A stretch of DNA of 63,337 nt from an uncultured virus (IMG/VR IMGVR_UViG_3300044972_001024) (IMGVR_UViG_3300044972_001024), one strand, 5' to 3'. Shown: positions 50,320-63,172, numbered from the stretch's first letter. Numbers and translations are program-made. Notes: generated by a model not told the origin, from the letters alone.

Positions 50320-53300
50320 ATGGCAATTAGTATTGAAACAAAAGTTGTCCTGCCACTAATTAATGGTTCGTTGGACGACAATTATGTGTTAGGACCAAAT
50401 GGCTTAACCAATAATACTACTGGAAAAAACAACTTTGCCGTTGGAAACAGTGTTCTTTGTTATAATACTAGCGGATCTAATAATATTGGCATTGGTTATC
50501 AATCACTATTATGTAATACTACTGGAAGTGATAATACTGCCCTTGGATATCGTGCATTAGCATCAAATACTAGCGGGTTAGATAATATAGCCATTGGACG
50601 TCGCTCGTTAGAGAATTCAAATGGTCAAGGATATAACATTGCGATTGGTGCAGCTGCTGGTTGTAATTTAACAACTGGCACTAACAATACAATTATTGGT
50701 TCATTATCAGCTGGTGCAGGATGTGTATCTACGTTATTACTTGGTACTGGTACATGTGAACGTATCAGAGTAGATAATACAGGTTTATATATTAATAATG
50801 TATTTGCAAACGTGGCACCACTTACTCCCGCTACACCAACTGCACTTGGTACTGTATATGCTCTAACTACAAGTAGCGGCGCCAATATTTCAGTTGGTTA
50901 TTGTAGTGGTAATACAACCAGTACTGGTACTAATAACATTGCTATTGGATGTAACGCACTTAAAAATAATATTACTGGTAGTTATAACATTGCGGTTGGA
51001 TCTGGTACACTGAGTAGTAATACATTTGGAAGATTTAACGTTGCTCAAGGATATAATACACTGACCAGTAATACAACTGGTTGTTATAACATTGGTATCG
51101 GTTCATTGTCACTGCCTAACAATACTATTGGCAATAGAAACATTGCTCAAGGATATCAGGCACTATACTGCAATACAATTGGAAATTGTAACATTGCTAT
51201 TGGAAATACTGCTGGATTTCTAATAACAACTGGTAATAATAATACAGTAATTGGTTCATTACAGGCAGCAGCTGGATGTGTATGTACATTATTATTAGGC
51301 GCTGGTACATGTGAACGTATACGTGTTGATAATACAGGTTTATATGTTAATAATGTATTTGCAAACGTGGCACCACTTACACCAGCCACACCAACATCAC
51401 TTGGTATAGTATATGCTCTAACTACAAGTAGTGGTGGAAATATATCAGTAGGTTATTGTAGTGGTAATACAACCAGTACTGGAACAGGCAACGTTGCTAT
51501 TGGATGTAATGCTCTAATATCTAATACTACTGGATCTAATAATACTGCTATCGGAATTTGCACACTGGCTGCCAACACCATTGGTTTCAATAACACGGCT
51601 ATTGGATGTTTCGCACTCCGCAGCAACACCACTGGTTGTAGTAACACGGCTATTGGATTCTGCTCATTAGCTGCCAATACCACTGGTTCACTTAACACCG
51701 CCATTGGTGAATGCGCATTAGCATCCAACACCTCTGGGTATAGCAACTTTGCTCAGGGATATAAGGCATTATTTAGTAACACCACCGGCGGGAATAACTT
51801 TGCCAGTGGAAACAACACGTTGTCCAGCAACATCTCTGGCTCACATAACTTTGCTTTTGGATTTTTTGCACTTCAGCAAAATACAACTGGTAGTAATAAC
51901 GTTGCTCAAGGATATCGTGCACTGTTTAACAACATCATCGGTGCTAATAACTTTGCTGTTGGAAGTCGTGCACTATGTAATAATACTAGTGGAAGTAACA
52001 ATGCTGCTATTGGATTTTGCACACTCACAGCCAATACAATTGGAACTAATAACATAGCTATTGGATGTTTATCATTGGTCAATAATACTACTGGATCAAG
52101 TAACATTGCTCTTGGATTATGTAGTGGATGTTTAATCACTACTGGTACTAACAATACTGTCATTGGTTCATTACCAGCTGCTAATGGATGTGTATGTACA
52201 TTATTATTGGGTGCTGGTACATGTGAACGTATACGTGTTGATAATACTGGTTTATATGTTAATAATGCATTAATTGTTAGCGGAACTGGATCTACTGGCG
52301 CAAGTGGATTAACTGGCGCCACAGGTGCTGGAGCTACCGGGGCAAGCGGAGTTCAAGGAAATATTGGTGCTACTGGAGCAACTGGAGTTCAAGGAAATAT
52401 TGGTGCCACTGGATTTCGCGGCGCAACTGGTTCAACGGGCGCCACTGGAGTTCAAGGAAATATTGGCGCCACTGGATTTACCGGCGCAACTGGATTAACT
52501 GGTTCCACAGGTGCAGGAGCCACAGGTTCTACTGGCGCAAGTGGAGTTCAAGGAAATATTGGCGCTACAGGCGCAACTGGATTAACAGGTACAACTGGAT
52601 TAACTGGCGCCACAGGTGCTGGTGCCACTGGTGCTAGTGGAGTACAAGGAAATATTGGTGCCACTGGCGCAACAGGATCTGGGGCTACCGGCGCAAGTGG
52701 AGTTCAAGGAAATATTGGTGCCACTGGAGTTCAAGGAAATATTGGTGCCACAGGAGTCGGAGCAGGCCCAGCTACCAATATTACACTTGGTACAGTTTAT
52801 GCAAGAACTACTAGTAACAATAGTAATATAGCATTGGGATTCTGTAGTGGAAATAATACCAATACTGGATGTAATAACATCGCTATTGGATGTTGTGCTC
52901 TATTATCAAATACAATTGGGTGTAATAACTTTGCTGCTGGATTTGAAGTATTAGATACTAATACCAGTGGAAGTAACAATTTTGCAGTTGGATATCAATC
53001 ATTAAGTCAAAATACTACTGGATGTAATAACGTTAGTATTGGATATCATGCTCTACTCTCCAATACTAGCGGTAATAATAATACTGCTATCGGATTTTGT
53101 GCACTTTCGTCTAATACTAGTGGAAATAATAACGTAGCTATTGGATGTAATTCTCTGATATTTAATACTACTGGAAGTAGTAATACTGCTATTGGCCTTT
53201 GCGCTCTTAGAAACAATACTAGTGGAACAAATAATACTGCCATTGGATTACAGACACTTTCGTCTAACACTACTGGAAGTGATAATACAGCTATTGGATT

Positions 53301-56300
53301 ACAGGCACTATCATGTAATACTACTGGAAGTAGTAATACTGCTATTGGATATCAAGCACTTAAATGTACTACTCATGGATGTTACAATACTGCTATTGGA
53401 CAGGGTGTTCTTTGCGGCAATACTAGTGGTAGCAATAACACTGGTATTGGATATCAAGCACTTTATTTTAATATTACTGGAAATAATAATACTGCCATTG
53501 GACAGACTGCACTTTTTTGTAATACCAGTGGACTAAACAATACTGCTATTGGATTACAGGCACTTTATTATAATACTACTGGAAGTAATAATACTGCTAT
53601 TGGATATCAGGCTTTGGTATTTAATACTCAGGGATTTTACAATACTGCTATTGGATATCAGACACTTTTCTGTAACATCAGTGGAAATAACAATACTGCT
53701 ATTGGATATCAGACACTTTATTATAATACTACTGGATGTAACAATACTGCTATTGGATATCAGGCACTTTATAATAATACTACTGGAACAAACAATACTG
53801 CTATTGGATTTCAGTCACTTATCAATAATACTAGTGGTCCAAACAATACTGCCATTGGATTTAATGCGCTTTTTTGTAATACTACTGGAGGAGGTAACGT
53901 AGCTATTGGATATCAGGCACTTTATTTTAATACTATTGGAACTCATAATACTGCTATTGGATTTGGAACACTTCAGAGTAATACTACTGGAGGAGGTAAC
54001 GTAGCTATTGGATTATCTGCACTATGTAGTAATACTAGTGGAACAAGTAATACAGCTATTGGATATCAATCACTTACTTTAAACACTTCTGGACAAAACA
54101 ATACTGCTATTGGATATCAATCACTGTGTAGTAATACTTATGGATGTAACAATACTGCTATTGGATCAGGTGCAATGAGATGCAACACTATTGGAAATTA
54201 TAATACTGCTATTGGACAGACTACACTTCATAATAATACTACTGGAAGTAACAATACTGCTATAGGATTAAGTGCACTTTTTAGTAATACTACTGGAACA
54301 AACAACTTTGCGGTTGGATGTCAGACCCTTCGTAATAATGATATTGGAACTTATAATACGGCTATTGGATCATGTGCACTTTGTAGTAATACCAACGGAA
54401 GTTATAATTTAGCTATAGGACTGAATGCTCTAAATCTTAACACTACTGGTAATTATAACGTAGCTATTGGAAATACTGTACTTTCTAACAATACAATTGG
54501 TACACAAAACTTTGCTCAAGGTTATAAAGCACTGTGTTGTAACACAACTGGTGGTAATAACTTTGCTATTGGTTGTAATGCACTTAGATGTAATACTATT
54601 GGAACTCATAATACTGCTATTGGATTTGGAACACTTCAGAGTAATACTACTGGAATTAATAACGTAGCTATTGGAGTATGTGCGCTTTGTCTTAATTCTA
54701 GTGGAAGTAACAATTTTGCAGTTGGATCTGGCGCTCTTGCTCTTAATACTAGTGGAAGTAATAACGTTGCCATTGGATGTGGATCTCTTGTTAATAATAC
54801 TACTGGATCAAGTAACATAGCTCTTGGATTATGTAGTGGATGTGCCATCACAACTGGTACTAATAATACTGTAATCGGTTCATTACCAGCAGCAGCCGCC
54901 TGTGTATGTACAGTATTGATTGGCGCTGGTACTTGTGAACGTATCAGAGTAGATAATACGGGGTTATATGTAAACAATTCATTGATTGTCAGTGGAACTG
55001 GTGATGTAGTTGGTCCAGCCTCTGCTACAGATAATGCCGTTGCTCGATTTAACCTGACAACAGGTAAGATTATCCAAAACTCAGCCGTCACTATTGGTGA
55101 CGATGGCGCTACGATTATTGATGTTAACTCTACATCTGCGGGTCTACGCATCACGCAAGTTGGCACAGGCGATGCCTTTGTGGTTGAGGATAGCGCGAAC
55201 CCCGACGGCACACCATTTCAAATTGACGCTGGTGGCAATGTTGGTGTTGGTATTTCTCCGGCTTTTTCTGGTGCAAAACTGACTTTGGCAGGCGCTGGGT
55301 CAGATGCCCAACAGTGGAATTTTAGATATAGCAATGATACTTCGTCGTATATAACGCAATACTTAAAATCAAGAGGAACGGCTGCATACTCACCAGCAAT
55401 TGTTGCCTCTGGTGATTTAATTGGCATAATGAATTTTAGTGCTTGGGATAGCGCAGCATATACATCCGCTGCATCAATTACTGCAGCCGTAGACGGCACA
55501 CCCGGAGCAAACGATATGCCCGGCCGCTTGGTGTTCTCGACTACTTCTGATGGTGCGAGTAGTCCTACTGAGCGGATGAGGATTACAAGTGCGGGTAATG
55601 TGGGAATTGGTGGATCACCTGCAGCATATGCAAAATTACAAACTTCTGGAACATTGCCATCTTCAGGCGGGTTTACTTATAACATTAGTGCTAGTGGAAC
55701 AATCCCCGCAACAACAACGACAGGCTATGTAGGATTTGATAGCGCCGTCGCCACCGCAGCTTCGGTATTTACTCTTTCTTCTTTAAGTCATTTTCAAGCT
55801 TATACAACTCTTGGCGCAGGGTCAATTGTTACTTCACAAATAGGTTTTAACGCTACGAGCACCTTAACAGGCGCAACCAACAACTACGGCTTCTACTCTG
55901 ATATAGCATCCGGCACAGGTCGATGGAACTTCTACGCTGCAGGTACGGCTGATAACTACTTTGCAGGTAATGTTGGTATCGGTACCACAACACCAGCAGG
56001 TAAACTAGATGTTGCCGGTGATATTATTTCACAAACTAGTTTAAATGGTACTGGTACCTTTTGGTTTCAATCTAAAAAATCCAGAGGCACTGTAGCCGCC
56101 CCAACCACTGTACTTAATGGTGATGGTATTGGTGGGTTGCTGGCAATCGCTTACCAATCAAGTTACCGTAGTTATGCCGCAATTCAATTCAACATCAATG
56201 GGACTGTTTCAACAAATACTGTACCAACAGATATTGTTTTTACCGCACTGGCAACTGGTGCTCCTGTCGGCGGTTCAGAACGTATGCGTATTGCCTCTAC

Positions 56301-59300
56301 AGGCATAATCTCCTTAGGCGCAACCCCCGGCGCAGAATCCCTGCGTGTCACGCCTGTTGCTAGTGCGGTGAATTTTTGGGCGATGCAAGGCAACATAACT
56401 ACTGGCGGAATTTTTCTTAATGCTACTGGTTCAGATACAAACGTCTTTGCCGTGTATTCAGCAAAAGGTGCAGGCACACATACGTTTCAAACCGCTGCGG
56501 GTGCAGCAACCCAATTCCTAGTAGCCCACACAGCCTCCGCTGTTAACTACGTACAGGTAACTGGTGGAGCTACGGGTGGACCGCCGCTGTTACAAGCAAC
56601 AGGCTCAGATACCAATGTGCCGCTTACTATTGTTACAAAAGGCACTGGATATATTAATTTACAGACAGGAGGTGGTACACAGTTTGTCGTTACCAACACA
56701 GCCTCTGCTGTTAACTATTTGCAAGTAACGGGCAACGCCACTACTGGCGCACCAATTCTTTCGGCGCAAGGCTCAGACACAAACATTGGCATTACGTTAA
56801 CGCCAAAGGGTACTGGTGGCGTAGGTATAAGTGGTGCTGCTACAACTGGCGAGGCGGTTGCAATTAGAAACACTGCTGAAACAACGGCAACTGTATTTGG
56901 GTTGCGAAATTTACTTAGTGTCAATCAAGCAACCACAACAACTGTATATGGCATATCAGACCAAACACAAATTTTATCTCCCGCAGCGTTAACAAACTTA
57001 TTTAGATTTCGCGCGGCATCAGGTAGTTTTACCGGAACGGTAACTAATCAATACGGTTTTGCAGCGGATAGTGGATTGACTGGCGCAACCAATAATTACG
57101 GTTTCCATAGCAACATAGCCTCTGGCGCAAACCGTTTTAACTTCTACGCTGCGGGTACGGCTGATAATTACTTTGCGGGTAAGGTTGGTGTTGGTACTGC
57201 TACACCAGCCCAGAACCTTCAGGTATCCAGTTCGGTGGATGCGGTTGCTCTTGTTACAGGCGGCTCTGCTGCGTCTGGATACTTAGCTGTTAACGGTAAC
57301 GCTCGCTCTAGTTTGACTGGCGCAACCACTTTAATTTCTTATAGCACTGGTGTTGCTGAGTTAACCAACAGAAGCAACCAATATTTTGCTTTTGGGACAA
57401 ACAGCACCGAATACGCACGAATTGGCTCAACAGGAATTATTTCTTTAGCTGGCATACCCGGCGCAGAATCCCTGCGTGTCACGCCTGTTGCTAGTGCGGT
57501 GAATTATTGGAACTTTCAAGGTTCAGCTACAGGAAATTCAATTTCGTTTGGAGCAGCTGGTTCTGATACAAACATTGGCGTTTCAAATTTTTCAAAAGGT
57601 GCTGCTGGTCATCTTTGGTATACAAACATTGCTGCTTTGCAGTTTTATGTTGCGCCAACAGCCTCCGCTGTTAATTACTTACAGGTAACGGGTGCTGCTA
57701 CTGGTAATGCGCCTGCAATTTCGGCTCAAGGGTCGGATACCAATATCTCTCTAAACATTTCAGGCAAAGGGACAGGCGGTATCAACTACTTTGGTAGTGC
57801 GCATACTTTTTATACAACAGGTGGAGCGCAAGTACAGATTCAAAATACAACTTCCGCTGTTAATTATTTAACAATGACGGGTAGTGCAACAGGAAACAGA
57901 ACAGTCTTTTCCGCACAAGGTTCAGATACAAACGTTGGTATAAATTACAACGCAAAAGGCGCCGAATATCATGTGTTTACTACAAGTAGTGGAGTAGCAC
58001 AATTTGTAATTCAACCAACCGCATCCTCAGTTAATCAAATATATGTAACTGGTGGAACAACAGGTAATTCTCCGACTTTCGCGGCACAAGGCGCAGATAC
58101 CAACATCGGCATAACACTCACATCAAAAGGTTCGGGATCGGTTTTCATTTCACCAAGCACCGGCGGTCCAAATCTTGTACTTGGTGGGGCATCTTCAGGA
58201 GTAGAAGGCGGCGAAATATCTTTTAATGGAGCAACAGGATACGGCTCGTATTCTATGGACAATTTTAACGGTACAACTCGTATATTTTCTGTTAGCGCAT
58301 CGAATCAATATCAACTTGCTATAACTGGTACAACGTTTGATTTTTTATTAGGTAATACGTCTACCGTTTCAAAACAATTTGGCATCGCCCACACGGCCTC
58401 TGCTGTTAATTTTATACAAGTTACGGGAAATGCAACAACCGCTTGGCCTATAATTAGCGCACAAGGCGCTGATACAAACATAGGATTGGTCTATAGAGGC
58501 AAAGGATCATCTGGACATTTATTTCAAAACGCAGCTGCCGCAACTCAATTTGCTATTGCTGTTACAACTTCCGCTGTTAACTATCTACAGGTTGCTGGAC
58601 AATCAACAGGCAATGGTCCATACATAATTGCTACTGGTTCAGATACAAATATTGCAGCATATTTTATATCTAAAGGTAGTGCTCCAGCCTATTTGGCAAC
58701 AGGTGGTGGTGTTGTACAGTTTGCTGCAGTACATACAGCATCTGCTGTTAACTACTTGGCCACAACAGGTCAGGCAACAGGTGCTTCTCCACAAATTTAT
58801 GCAGTTGGTTCTGATGCTAACGTCGGTATAAATCTATCAACCAAAGCTACTGGAAGTTATGGTCTCTTTACCAACACATTTGCACAACAACAATTTTCTA
58901 TTGCTCACACAGCCTCCGCTGTCAATTACTTGCAGGTAACGGGTGGGGCTACAACTGGTGGTCCATCGCTACTTTCTCAGGGTTCAGATACAAACGTCGA
59001 CCTTTTGATAAAAACAAAAGGCACTGGATCAATTAACGCTTACACAAACAGCGGCACCTTACAATTTCTTATTGGTCACACAGCCTCGGCAGTTAACTAC
59101 GTTCAAGTAACAGGTAGTACCACTGGTAACAGAACAACGATATCTTCACAAGGTTCTGATACCAATATCAACTTGGGATTAGCCGCAAAAGGTACTGGAG
59201 TTCTTTATGTAACTGGTAATGGTATAACATTCGCTGCTGGAAATCCAACAATTTCCACTTCAACGACAAGTTATGTGCAATTCAGCGGTGGTATATATAA

Positions 59301-59856
59301 TACCAATGCTGCAACACCAATATATACCGAAGGTTCAATTAAAGCAAGAAATCTTGCATCTGGATTAGCTAATGATACCGGAGCATATCTAAGTATCACT
59401 GGTGGAACAAGTGGATATACATACTTTACTGGTAGTGTTGGTATTGGTACTAATGCACCAAGTTATAATCTGCAAGTTGTAGGATCGTTTGCAGCTACAA
59501 CTAAATCGTTTGTAATTGATCACCCAACGAAACCTAACATGAAATTACGTTATGGATCATTGGAAGGTCCGGAAAATGGTGTTTATGTGCGTGGTATATT
59601 AAAAGATAATAACACTATCGAATTACCAGACTATTGGACAGGACTAGTAGATGAAGATTCTATTACAGTCAATCTAACATCAATTGGTAAACATCAGAAT
59701 TTATATGTGGAAGATATTATAGACAATAAAATTGTTATTTCTAATGATTCTTCAATAAATAAGAGTATCAATTGTTTCTACACTGTATTTGCTGAACGAA
59801 AAGATGTAGAAAAATTAATAGTTGAAATTAACAATACAAAGGAAAATTTAACATGA
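50320..59856 (+). CDS. Giant fibre/adhesin (3178 aa): NxAIG repeats, collagen tract, 12 SAVN-type repeats, [12 protein letters not shown] C-terminal domain
   Basis: Paralogous N-terminal half to 42143 gene; [12 protein letters not shown] repeats; [33 protein letters not shown] 50283-50290 and GGAG RBS. Confidence 0.85.
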   Translation: MAISIETKVVLPLINGSLDDNYVLGPNGLTNNTTGKNNFAVGNSVLCYNTSGSNNIGIGYQSLLCNTTGSDNTALGYRALASNTSGLDNIAIGRRSLENSNGQGYNIAIGAAAGCNLTTGTNNTIIGSLSAGAGCVSTLLLGTGTCERIRVDNTGLYINNVFANVAPLTPATPTALGTVYALTTSSGANISVGYCSGNTTSTGTNNIAIGCNALKNNITGSYNIAVGSGTLSSNTFGRFNVAQGYNTLTSNTTGCYNIGIGSLSLPNNTIGNRNIAQGYQALYCNTIGNCNIAIGNTAGFLITTGNNNTVIGSLQAAAGCVCTLLLGAGTCERIRVDNTGLYVNNVFANVAPLTPATPTSLGIVYALTTSSGGNISVGYCSGNTTSTGTGNVAIGCNALISNTTGSNNTAIGICTLAANTIGFNNTAIGCFALRSNTTGCSNTAIGFCSLAANTTGSLNTAIGECALASNTSGYSNFAQGYKALFSNTTGGNNFASGNNTLSSNISGSHNFAFGFFALQQNTTGSNNVAQGYRALFNNIIGANNFAVGSRALCNNTSGSNNAAIGFCTLTANTIGTNNIAIGCLSLVNNTTGSSNIALGLCSGCLITTGTNNTVIGSLPAANGCVCTLLLGAGTCERIRVDNTGLYVNNALIVSGTGSTGASGLTGATGAGATGASGVQGNIGATGATGVQGNIGATGFRGATGSTGATGVQGNIGATGFTGATGLTGSTGAGATGSTGASGVQGNIGATGATGLTGTTGLTGATGAGATGASGVQGNIGATGATGSGATGASGVQGNIGATGVQGNIGATGVGAGPATNITLGTVYARTTSNNSNIALGFCSGNNTNTGCNNIAIGCCALLSNTIGCNNFAAGFEVLDTNTSGSNNFAVGYQSLSQNTTGCNNVSIGYHALLSNTSGNNNTAIGFCALSSNTSGNNNVAIGCNSLIFNTTGSSNTAIGLCALRNNTSGTNNTAIGLQTLSSNTTGSDNTAIGLQALSCNTTGSSNTAIGYQALKCTTHGCYNTAIGQGVLCGNTSGSNNTGIGYQALYFNITGNNNTAIGQTALFCNTSGLNNTAIGLQALYYNTTGSNNTAIGYQALVFNTQGFYNTAIGYQTLFCNISGNNNTAIGYQTLYYNTTGCNNTAIGYQALYNNTTGTNNTAIGFQSLINNTSGPNNTAIGFNALFCNTTGGGNVAIGYQALYFNTIGTHNTAIGFGTLQSNTTGGGNVAIGLSALCSNTSGTSNTAIGYQSLTLNTSGQNNTAIGYQSLCSNTYGCNNTAIGSGAMRCNTIGNYNTAIGQTTLHNNTTGSNNTAIGLSALFSNTTGTNNFAVGCQTLRNNDIGTYNTAIGSCALCSNTNGSYNLAIGLNALNLNTTGNYNVAIGNTVLSNNTIGTQNFAQGYKALCCNTTGGNNFAIGCNALRCNTIGTHNTAIGFGTLQSNTTGINNVAIGVCALCLNSSGSNNFAVGSGALALNTSGSNNVAIGCGSLVNNTTGSSNIALGLCSGCAITTGTNNTVIGSLPAAAACVCTVLIGAGTCERIRVDNTGLYVNNSLIVSGTGDVVGPASATDNAVARFNLTTGKIIQNSAVTIGDDGATIIDVNSTSAGLRITQVGTGDAFVVEDSANPDGTPFQIDAGGNVGVGISPAFSGAKLTLAGAGSDAQQWNFRYSNDTSSYITQYLKSRGTAAYSPAIVASGDLIGIMNFSAWDSAAYTSAASITAAVDGTPGANDMPGRLVFSTTSDGASSPTERMRITSAGNVGIGGSPAAYAKLQTSGTLPSSGGFTYNISASGTIPATTTTGYVGFDSAVATAASVFTLSSLSHFQAYTTLGAGSIVTSQIGFNATSTLTGATNNYGFYSDIASGTGRWNFYAAGTADNYFAGNVGIGTTTPAGKLDVAGDIISQTSLNGTGTFWFQSKKSRGTVAAPTTVLNGDGIGGLLAIAYQSSYRSYAAIQFNINGTVSTNTVPTDIVFTALATGAPVGGSERMRIASTGIISLGATPGAESLRVTPVASAVNFWAMQGNITTGGIFLNATGSDTNVFAVYSAKGAGTHTFQTAAGAATQFLVAHTASAVNYVQVTGGATGGPPLLQATGSDTNVPLTIVTKGTGYINLQTGGGTQFVVTNTASAVNYLQVTGNATTGAPILSAQGSDTNIGITLTPKGTGGVGISGAATTGEAVAIRNTAETTATVFGLRNLLSVNQATTTTVYGISDQTQILSPAALTNLFRFRAASGSFTGTVTNQYGFAADSGLTGATNNYGFHSNIASGANRFNFYAAGTADNYFAGKVGVGTATPAQNLQVSSSVDAVALVTGGSAASGYLAVNGNARSSLTGATTLISYSTGVAELTNRSNQYFAFGTNSTEYARIGSTGIISLAGIPGAESLRVTPVASAVNYWNFQGSATGNSISFGAAGSDTNIGVSNFSKGAAGHLWYTNIAALQFYVAPTASAVNYLQVTGAATGNAPAISAQGSDTNISLNISGKGTGGINYFGSAHTFYTTGGAQVQIQNTTSAVNYLTMTGSATGNRTVFSAQGSDTNVGINYNAKGAEYHVFTTSSGVAQFVIQPTASSVNQIYVTGGTTGNSPTFAAQGADTNIGITLTSKGSGSVFISPSTGGPNLVLGGASSGVEGGEISFNGATGYGSYSMDNFNGTTRIFSVSASNQYQLAITGTTFDFLLGNTSTVSKQFGIAHTASAVNFIQVTGNATTAWPIISAQGADTNIGLVYRGKGSSGHLFQNAAAATQFAIAVTTSAVNYLQVAGQSTGNGPYIIATGSDTNIAAYFISKGSAPAYLATGGGVVQFAAVHTASAVNYLATTGQATGASPQIYAVGSDANVGINLSTKATGSYGLFTNTFAQQQFSIAHTASAVNYLQVTGGATTGGPSLLSQGSDTNVDLLIKTKGTGSINAYTNSGTLQFLIGHTASAVNYVQVTGSTTGNRTTISSQGSDTNINLGLAAKGTGVLYVTGNGITFAAGNPTISTSTTSYVQFSGGIYNTNAATPIYTEGSIKARNLASGLANDTGAYLSITGGTSGYTYFTGSVGIGTNAPSYNLQVVGSFAATTKSFVIDHPTKPNMKLRYGSLEGPENGVYVRGILKDNNTIELPDYWTGLVDEDSITVNLTSIGKHQNLYVEDIIDNKIVISNDSSINKSINCFYTVFAERKDVEKLIVEINNTKENLT

Positions 59857-60029
59857 AAAATATTACATTAACACTATCAGTTGACAATGTCAACGCAATT
59901 TTACAAACTCTTGGTCAACTGCCTACTAGCAGCGGAGCATTCCCATTGATGGTTGATATCAAACGTCAAGCCGATGAACAAGTACAAGAATCAGAAACTA
60001 ATGAAACTATCCCACAGGTGAAATTATGA
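59853..60029 (+). CDS. Small fibre-cluster protein (58 aa); not in ORF track
   Basis: [45 protein letters not shown]..; AAGGA RBS; ATGA overlaps at both ends. Confidence 0.75.
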   Translation: MKNITLTLSVDNVNAILQTLGQLPTSSGAFPLMVDIKRQADEQVQESETNETIPQVKL

Positions 60030-60349
60030 AATGGACTATTAACTCACTATCAACTCTAAACACACCAGAGCCAGATACGGCTGTAATGAGTAACTTTACT
60101 ATCAGCGATACACAAGATGGATTAACTGGATCAGTAACTTATTCAGTAAACTTGCTACCTGCTGATGTAGAGAATTTTACCCCATACGCTGATATCACTC
60201 AAGAACAAGCCATTGAATGGACACAATCGGCGCTAGGTGAACAACGTGTAATTGATATGGAAGCAGAAGTGCAAGCCAATATCGATCAACAGAAAATACC
60301 TACTCCTCAACCAACACCGTTGCCTTGGGTTTCTGAATCAAGTGAATAA
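60026..60349 (+). CDS. Fibre-associated small protein, paralog 2
   Basis: WTI..FTPYADITQEQAIEW..PLPW. Confidence 0.7.
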   Translation: MKWTINSLSTLNTPEPDTAVMSNFTISDTQDGLTGSVTYSVNLLPADVENFTPYADITQEQAIEWTQSALGEQRVIDMEAEVQANIDQQKIPTPQPTPLPWVSESSE

Positions 60350-60353
60350 TTAA

Positions 60354-60776
60354 ATGATTGATTATACCTGGACTGTAACTGCAATGGAAGCCTATTCAGA
60401 TGTAGATGATCTACAAGATGTAGTATTTTCTGTATCTTGGACAATGACCGGTGAATGGTTATCCGAAGATTCTTCTTTGTACTCTGCATCAGCTATGGGT
60501 ATAACTGCTATAGAACTTCCAAGCAATCCAGATGGATCATTTACTCCATACGATGAACTAACTGAACTTCAAGTATTAGGATGGGTTCAAGATACGTTAG
60601 GGTCTAATAGTATTGTCTCATATGAACAAAATATAGCAAATGAAATTGCCAAACAAGCGGGTCCAGTAATAGTAACTCTACCATTGCCGTGGATACCTGT
60701 GCCTGATCCTGTACCTCCAGAACCTACTCCGGATCCAACACCACCAATCCCGGGTCCACCTGTGCCAGAGGAATAA
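60354..60776 (+). CDS. Fibre-associated small protein, paralog 3, Pro-rich tail
   Basis: YTWTV..FTPYDELTELQVLGWV..PLPW. Confidence 0.7.
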   Translation: MIDYTWTVTAMEAYSDVDDLQDVVFSVSWTMTGEWLSEDSSLYSASAMGITAIELPSNPDGSFTPYDELTELQVLGWVQDTLGSNSIVSYEQNIANEIAKQAGPVIVTLPLPWIPVPDPVPPEPTPDPTPPIPGPPVPEE

Positions 60777-60779
60777 TAT

Positions 60780-61952
60780 ATGGCAGTCGGATATAATACC
60801 AGTGTAGTTACATCTGGATTGCAACTTTACTATGACATGAATAATACATCTAAGTCATGGAAAGGCCAACCTGCCACTAATTTGGTAACTTATCCGTATG
60901 CAGATTGGACAGGATCTGCTTTTTCTTTATCGTACAATTACGATGCTACTAGTACGGCCACACAAACTTATACAACCAATATATCCAATCCTGTAGACGC
61001 ACCAGGTATATTTAGATATTTTACAGGTACAACTGGATACAAATTTTGGGCATTTAGAACAACTGTGCCAAGCGCCGGAACTTATACATTCAGCTATTAT
61101 GCTAGATTGTCGGCTGGTAGCCCAAATACACTTGCAATGGCTCAACTTTGGCGGGATACTGACGTTGATAGAACTCCGACTGGTAATTGGAATCCAACTT
61201 TTACCAGTAACTGGGCGAGATATACTGCTACATCTACTGTTACTAGTTATTTGGATATGTTTATTTGTCACTCAGGCGCTATGGTTGGCGGAATTCAACT
61301 TGACCTATGTGGATTTCAATTGGAATCAGGAACATATGCTACTCCGTTTGTTGTCGGATCTCGTTCAACTACTACAGCATTAGCAGATTTAACAAATAGC
61401 AACACTCTTACCGCAAATAGTTTAACATATACATCAACTGCATTTAGTTTTAATGGATCATCAAATTATATCTATGGCGGCAACTCAAGTGCTCTTAATC
61501 TAACAGATAATCTTACATTAGAAGCATGGGTTTATATATCATCATTTGTCAATTATGGTGGTATATGTACATGGGGGTCAGATGCCGGAGAACAATATAA
61601 TTTAGGAACGACTAGTTCTAATACAATTATATTTAGCACAAATTGGCCTGGAACTTGGTACATAGGAAGTAGTACAACTCTATCAACAAACACTTGGTAC
61701 AATGTTGTAGCAACTTTTACAGGAGGTGCTTGGAAAATATATATTAACGGAGTATTAAATAATTCTGGAACTTTTGCCATCACTGTATTGCCAACTGTAT
61801 CAGGTTCTTGGCTAAATGTAGGAATGAATCAGCCAGGTGGGGACGAATTTTTCAACGGGCAAATTCCAGTGGCAAAAATTTATAATACAGCGTTAACCGC
61901 TGATCAAGTAGCACAGAACTTTCAAGCACTACGTGGGAGATACGGAGTATGA
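60780..61952 (+). CDS. LamG/concanavalin-A-like lectin protein with inserted CBM-like domain
   Basis: GLQLYYD; GFQLESGTYATPF; FNGSSNY; TLEAWV; WYNVVAT; IYINGV; IYNTALT. Confidence 0.82.
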   Translation: MAVGYNTSVVTSGLQLYYDMNNTSKSWKGQPATNLVTYPYADWTGSAFSLSYNYDATSTATQTYTTNISNPVDAPGIFRYFTGTTGYKFWAFRTTVPSAGTYTFSYYARLSAGSPNTLAMAQLWRDTDVDRTPTGNWNPTFTSNWARYTATSTVTSYLDMFICHSGAMVGGIQLDLCGFQLESGTYATPFVVGSRSTTTALADLTNSNTLTANSLTYTSTAFSFNGSSNYIYGGNSSALNLTDNLTLEAWVYISSFVNYGGICTWGSDAGEQYNLGTTSSNTIIFSTNWPGTWYIGSSTTLSTNTWYNVVATFTGGAWKIYINGVLNNSGTFAITVLPTVSGSWLNVGMNQPGGDEFFNGQIPVAKIYNTALTADQVAQNFQALRGRYGV

Positions 61953-63172
61953 GCGTAGCAAACAATCCCAATATTGTGACTAACGGAATAGCAATGTACT
62001 TGGATTCGGCCAATTCAAACAGTTTTAGTCCAAATACATTTTCAAAACCAACCAACATTTATGGATGGATGAACACGCCAACTGGAAATAACTGTAATTT
62101 AAGTGTAGATCCGACTGTTACTTCACCATTTGGATCTACCCCACTGAAAATGGCAGTGACCGGAGCTGATCCGCATACTCCAACATATAATACAGCTACT
62201 TGGAATGTATCTACTGTAGCTAACAGTCAAACCTGGACCATTAGTGTTTGGGCCAAGGCATCGGTTGCAACAACCGGGGCAATATTTATATTTGGAGCCA
62301 ACAGTTCCGGAGTAGGCTATGTGGGTGGGGCTTGGATTGGTATTGCTGCAACCGGGTTTAATATTACCACAGAATGGCAACGATTTAGTTGTAGTATAAC
62401 TTTTAATAATGTTGATGTTGCTTTTATACAAACACGACTTGATGGGCCAGACGCTAGCGGCACAGGACAAAATATCTGGTGGGATGGGTTACAAGTAGAA
62501 CTGGCATCGACTCCTAGTACATTCAATCCCATTACCAATACTAACAGAGCTACTTGGACAGATATCAGTAGAAACTCCAACTCTGGAACCTTGGTCAATT
62601 ACCCAGCATCTAATACCAGCAACAATGGATCATTGGTATTTAATGGAACTAACAATTCAGTAACTATAGGATCAACAGCAAGTTTACAATTTCTAAACAG
62701 AGCATCGTATACTCTTGAATCATGGGTATATCCTACTGCTAATCCTGGTACAAATAATTGGACTGGAATTATTAATAGAGAATCAAATCCAGGCGCCGGA
62801 AGAGATGGGTACAATATGTATCTAAATGGTAGTGCAGGTTCAACAGTTTACTGGGTAACGGAACGATTTACTACAGGAACATATATTAATGTAACTGGTA
62901 CATTAGATCAATCGTTGGTAGTTAACAATTGGCAACATATGGTAGCTACCTATGACGGAACAACATTACGTCTTTATCGTAACGGTGTGTATGTGGCTGA
63001 AGCAGCGGCGACAGGTAATATTACTAATACTACTGCCAGTGTACAAATTGGTCGCAGAGATATTAATTATTTCACCGGTCGAATTCCAGTAGCAAAAATT
63101 TATAACATCGCATTAACTGATAGTCAGGTAGCGCAAAACTTTCAAGCATTACGTGGGAGATATGGAATATGA
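61949..63172 (+). CDS. LamG/concanavalin-A-like lectin protein with inserted CBM-like domain, paralog 2
   Basis: GIAMYLDSAN; ITTEWQRFS; WQHMVATYDG..LYRNG; IYNIALT. Confidence 0.82.
   Translation: MSVANNPNIVTNGIAMYLDSANSNSFSPNTFSKPTNIYGWMNTPTGNNCNLSVDPTVTSPFGSTPLKMAVTGADPHTPTYNTATWNVSTVANSQTWTISVWAKASVATTGAIFIFGANSSGVGYVGGAWIGIAATGFNITTEWQRFSCSITFNNVDVAFIQTRLDGPDASGTGQNIWWDGLQVELASTPSTFNPITNTNRATWTDISRNSNSGTLVNYPASNTSNNGSLVFNGTNNSVTIGSTASLQFLNRASYTLESWVYPTANPGTNNWTGIINRESNPGAGRDGYNMYLNGSAGSTVYWVTERFTTGTYINVTGTLDQSLVVNNWQHMVATYDGTTLRLYRNGVYVAEAAATGNITNTTASVQIGRRDINYFTGRIPVAKIYNIALTDSQVAQNFQALRGRYGI

Noticed and set aside
43585..54900. Regular repeats as a possible CRISPR array
   Set aside because: Repeats are in-frame, vary at wobble positions, have no unique spacers, and no cas genes are present
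61850..63172. Near-identical 3' ends of LamG genes as a DGR template/variable repeat pair
   Set aside because: Differences are not adenine-specific, both copies are coding, and no reverse transcriptase is in the window
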